A DNA stretch of 63,530 nucleotides, counting the filler, from Licmophora abbreviata (taxonomy: Eukaryota): assembly GCA_900291995.1 (NCBI GenBank). It is 15 parts of 15 records of this genome, joined end to end, with 100 filler letters (N's around TTAATTAATTAA, not from the genome) between each part and the next. Parts side by side here need not be neighbours in the genome. Positions count along the whole stretch, not along the records: positions 56,465 to 62,318 come from OLMU01000319.1; positions 62,419 to 63,530 come from OLMU01000337.1; 13 more parts are not named here. One strand, written 5' to 3'. The position numbers and the translations under genes were made by a program. This document shows, in pieces, positions 59,075 through 63,530 of the stretch (positions are counted from its first letter, which is position 1; each line of letters begins with the position of its first letter). Under the pieces are notes generated by a model. It made no database searches. It had not been told where the DNA came from and worked only from the letters and a program-made list of their open reading frames with translations.

Positions 59075-59490
59075 TTTCGGCTATAATCTGGCAGTTGAAT
59101 CAATCTACTATTGCACAGAGCATAGCGGCGAATGATCCTCTATGCTACATTTCGTCATGTAAATTCACATCAGCGATTTGCCGCCTTGGAAAACAAATTG
59201 CGCGCCAACACAACATACTTCGTTGTTCACAGAATAACTTCTCTATCATTGGTTGCGACAATTTCAATTGCGAGCGCTGGGATTATCGGAAGGCTTACAG
59301 ATAGAGGACTCACTCGACTCATTCTCCATACTACGTACTTTGAGTATCGTACTCGGAGTACTTGATACCAAAAGTGCGTGGGAGAACTATTAGTTCTCTA
59401 AAGGTACTATAGCTCTACTGTAACTAACGAAACTCAAGCAGAGGTATTCTCCCCCTATTCTATGGATGTTAGATTTTTAACCACAAAGGT

Positions 59491-61571
59491 TCATCCCGCA
59501 AGCACTGGAACAATATTGGTTTCTTCCTCGTCACCGTCGGGTGCAGGGACAAGTGATGGTTTACTCGCCTCGGTCGCTTCCTTTTTCGGTTCGGCTAGAT
59601 CAATAAGGAAGTCCAGAAAGTCTGTGTTCGAAAAGTAGTTGGAATGCGCGCTCACTGCCGAGAGATATTCGTTCTCAACGACTCCAGTCTGCAACATATA
59701 ATCCACACGGTCGTTCCGGCCTCCAAGCGGAAAAGTGAGAGGACCAGGCTGGAGCGTCACTTTGGCCTTCTTCTTAGTAACATCGTCGGCCTCGGCCGAC
59801 TTGGAAAGTGCCGAAACTGCCTGCTCTGTTACTTGTGCTATCATTGCTGACCAACCATTTGTCTGAGCGACGAACGATCGTCGTATGTCGCCTCCAAACT
59901 GCAGCGCCTTCACATGTAGTCTCAGCCTTTGGCCCCGTGTTACAAGATAGAGAGGTGGCGGAACGTTCGCTTCGGTAGTATCCGGAGGAAGCAGCAGTGG
60001 TTCAATACGGTATGCCACCGGATCACTTGGGTGAAAGATGTTATAGACTGCACCGCTTGGTAGCGAAAAGGGAGATCGCACGGGCAAATCCACTGTCTCT
60101 TCCTCCTTGTCCGTATTTTCCATCTCGGCGGCCATCACGGCAACCTTCTTTTGAGCTTCATACACAGCCTTCTGTCTAAGTTCCTCAAAGACTGCATGTG
60201 CCCCACGAAGTGTAAGAAACAATCCAATGGGAGACCCAAGGAATATAGTGACGTCTGGGACAAACGGGATGCTTTTCTTCATGCGTTTCGTGAGCGAAGG
60301 CCCCCACGTACCATTCTTGGCAATGTCCGCGTCCTTATCTTGCGTGGCGTACGCTTGATAACCAATGGGTGAATTGTCTTCGGACGCAACGGAAACACCA
60401 CACACCGAGCCAGTGCCACTGCCAGCGTCCCTGCACGTCGGCTCAGAGAAGTCTTTCAGAATTGACAACAGATCCCAGCAGATGACACTTCCCAGCGAAT
60501 GCCCCAGTAAACATGTTTTTCCTCCGGAAGGAATGAAATCTGGATTGAGTTCTTGGTAGCGATTCCAAAGCGTGTCGACTTGATCAGTGACAATATCTAG
60601 GACAGACTCGCAGAATTCAGGCGTGAGATACATAAGCACATCAAATACAACGTCGTTGGCGATCGCTCTCAGGGCTGGGATTGTCTGTAGAGTCGTCGAT
60701 TTGAGCGATTTCATCAAGGCGCTTGATGAAGAGTGAATATGATCATACCACTCTATCGGTATCAACTCGATCCGATTCGGTGGAGCAGGTTCCGGTAGCC
60801 TGGAGAACAAAGCAGCATTGTGAGAACAAGGGAGCAGTGACACCGTATCGACACTCGAAAGGCCGGTTCAACCTACCCAGTCTTCTTCGCCTTCTCGCAC
60901 GCCTTCCTCCACGCCGCGATCTGCTTCCGATGGATGGCAGCTCGAGTCGTGTGACATGCGTCAATCATACTTGGAATCTTGACATCCGTCCGGCTAAACA
61001 TGGCCTCACCAATGCCATGCACAACAAAACACAAGTGACGAACCGGACCCAGGGCCTCCTCCTCTTCCTCGCCATCTATAACGTACTCGCCATAGCCACG
61101 CTGTAGATCGGAGATCCCGCCGAACCATCCCATTGGTTTCTTCTTCATTGTGAGAACGTTTGCGCCGTTCTTCATTATCACGACTCGATTTTTGTCATCA
61201 TCCACCAACTCGACATCTTCGTTCAACACAGAGTCGATTCCTTTCCCTAACGACGACGTGGCGGCGACAGCGCGCTCATAAAGCCCCTCCACTAAGTCTG
61301 CATCCAGCAGGGTCATCGGTTTCAGCAATACTTCTTTGGAAGATTTCTCCTCCTTGACAAACCATGTCGCCGACTTGAGCTGTCTCTCTGGAAGACTGAA
61401 ATAGTTGTACTTCAGGGTGCCGGCAGAAGGATCCGCCATGGCTCGGCCGCCATCGACCAGAATGCGCCTCCCCTCTTGAGTATTGAGTGATCTACAATCT
61501 GCTTTTCGCAGTGGCTTCCAGTCTTCATCGTCTGTTTCTCGCGATAGCCTGTGAATATAGGGCCGAACCAT
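59491..61571 (-). CDS. DDHD-domain intracellular phospholipase A1 (SEC23IP/DDHD-like); intron 60800-60876
   Basis: HLCFVVHGIG, IELIPIEW, GHSLGSVI.WD, LGSPIGLFL, YNIFHPSDPVAYRIEP, RVDYMLQ, AHSNYF. Confidence 0.92.
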
Positions 61572-61966
61572 AGTTAGATTCACTTCGACTCAGGTCGCCA
61601 AATTTGAGGTTTCTCACGTCGTTTCACGTACCAAACTCGCGCTGGTGACGGTGAAGAGTCTTCGATGCCATCCCAGGTCGGCATGGTGAGTTAATCCACG
61701 GCGAGAGACTCTATGTCGACCGAGAAGAGTGTTTCGTCGAGGATCTGATCCAAGTTCAAAGTGGGACTTTCTCGCATGATGGCGCGGCGCGGAAAAGTTG
61801 CACAAGAAAATCTGGATCGTGCGTACAGGGACGCGAGTGTTCGCACATGTCGAACACCAAATCGAATGCGTTGTAGAGGGCTCAGGGCTATGTGCTATTA
61901 CCGCGGTACAATTACGAAGGTGTATCCATGAGGATCTATTGCAACTCCAGCTAGAATAAGTTTGAA

Positions 61967-62318
61967 CTATTTGACTGCCAACAGCATCAACTCTTCAAGC
62001 GACCGCATGTACCAGTGTACGTCTTTGCCGCCGTACTGTCGTTCGAGCCAGAATGCAGCCTCCATTCGGATTGCCATCTCGATGCTATCGAAGAATATCA
62101 TTCTTCCGGGCAACAGGTTGGGAGAGGAATCCAAAACGAACTTTCCAGCAAGGAAGGGAGTTTTGCTAAACTGGGGTGGTACGCAAGAGAATGCTTGCTT
62201 CACTTGGACTGGGCGGGCGTGGCCAGCCATGACCCATCCTTGTGCTGGACATTTTCGCTTTGCGATTGGAGTGGGAGGAATCAGATCGCTAATGAAATGT
62301 GCCATGTACCACTTCTTT
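61967..62318 (-). CDS. 3' fragment of a hypothetical protein, truncated by the gap
   Basis: Open frame from the contig edge to the stop at 61967 with protein-like composition; no recognisable motif. Confidence 0.4.
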
Positions 62319-62418
62319 NNNNNNNNNNNNNNNNNNNNNNNNNNNNNNNNNNNNNNNNNNNNTTAATTAATTAANNNNNNNNNNNNNNNNNNNNNNNNNN
62401 NNNNNNNNNNNNNNNNNN
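62319..62418. other. Artificial scaffold spacer
   Basis: 44N-TTAATTAATTAA-44N. Confidence 0.98.
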
Positions 62419-62628
62419 AGTCAGTTTCCCCGAGCCTTTTCTCACGACGGTCGGGCGGTGCGCGCAAAAGACCCGCCGGACACCGGTACGGTGGACTTCG
62501 CGTTTGCTGCAGTCATGATTGCAAAACAATAGTCGTGTGAAAAACGCAAGGTAGCTTGTCCTTATTCATTACCATCTTAGTGGCATCTCCTCATCTCCTG
62601 CAGTTTTGGTTCGAGAAAAAGTCTAAAT

Positions 62629-63530
62629 ATGAGTCTAGACGACACTGGCGTTTTTACCTTGTCCTTCCCCGAGTACACACGGGTAAGTTGAACTTTGGAG
62701 TTTCCAAAGTTGGCGTTAGCCAAGTTCCGGGCACCCAGTACATTGCGGCGTCGTTGACTGACACTGAGATTTCGTCTCTGACTTCTCAGGTCGCGGCTGC
62801 GCGGAACATGCACAATCTTCCTCGCTTCGGTCACTCGGCCGAATTCTCCAACATTTGGGGCACCGGCGAGGAGCAAAACGATTATATAGTCGGATTGCTG
62901 TTTGCGGGTGTATTCGTCGCGTCGTTCCTGTTTGCGTGGGTCGTGGTCCTGCTCGTCCTCATGTGCATCCCCGGTGTAGGCTTCCTGAATGGCTCGCGCT
63001 TCAAGAGCAGCGCGGGGCGTCGTCCTCAGATCATTCGAGGCATCTTCCTGTTCAGTGCGGTGCTTGTGATCACCTTTGCGGTCTGTTTTGTAACGCAGGG
63101 TCTGACCCAGTTGGACGATACTGTAAACACGATGAATCTTTCTGCAAGGGTAAGTTTTCTTTTCCAGTGGTGTCTCATGTTGCCTCCACCTCGCTACGTG
63201 TACTCATTTCATATTCCGAAATATGTTTGTCGTACAACACAGCAAGTGCAAAGCCTTTCGACGAGGGCGGATGTCATCCTTGAAGACATGAGAATTGCTC
63301 GGAACGTTACAGCCAACACGCTCCCATCGCTCGTGAATGATCTCGAAAACTTCTGCCCAGCAGATCCAAATCTAGCAGAGGAAATTGATGTCGACATTGT
63401 ATCTGCTGTAGATGCAGCCCTTGAGGCTATTGGCAGTCTCGGAGATGCGATTAGGACGGAGCTGGAGAAGCTCAACGTAGCTGTGATTGATCTTACCAAG
63501 TCCTCAACGAGCATCGTGGACAGTACCGAT
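62629..63530 (+). CDS. Multi-pass membrane protein, tweety/prominin-like topology, 3'-partial; introns 62683-62789 and 63150-63242
   Basis: Not in the ORF track because there is no stop before the window end. Spliced product: LPRFGH, two TM helices, then a helical extracellular region with NFCP. Confidence 0.65.

Noticed and set aside
3500..62374. TTAATTAATTAA repeated 14 times, as a CRISPR-like or regulatory repeat
   Set aside because: Always centred in 44N flanks; it is a six-frame-stop scaffolding linker.

Overview
Eukaryotic nuclear DNA from a diatom, shown by a silicon transporter with GMQ/GRQ motifs, bipartite signal+F plastid presequences and short GT-AG introns of about 65-115 nt. 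It is a draft scaffold broken by 14 artificial 100-nt spacers (44N-TTAATTAATTAA-44N). Several spacers sit between overlapping contig ends, so genes continue across them. One contig end carries an Ion Torrent/SOLiD P1 adapter, which fits the single-base homopolymer frameshifts seen in otherwise intact genes. About 30 protein genes are tightly packed: vWA-alpha-kinase, PrmA, SIT, Hsp33, DUF1772, bL21, ClpB, alpha/beta hydrolase, Skp1, EMC2, BTB, GT8-like/vWA surface protein, Sld5, coiled-coil protein, sulfotransferase-like, BRCT, TatB-like, mTERF, Rgp1-like, FtsH-lumen-domain protein, a tandem pair of unknown type II membrane proteins, PMP34-like carrier, Cdt1-like, 2OG-Fe oxygenase, TPLATE/beta-COP-like, DOCK, DDHD lipase and a tweety-like protein, plus a decayed kinase. 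No rRNA, tRNA, CRISPR array or intact transposon was recognised. The best leads are a DUF4258-like/vWA/alpha-kinase fusion, a DOCK GEF lacking its catalytic lobe, a degenerate GT8-mucin-vWA fusion, a nuclear TatB, a stand-alone FtsH lumenal domain and a recurrent (GAGTC)n upstream motif. All family calls come from motif recognition by eye; no database searches were run.
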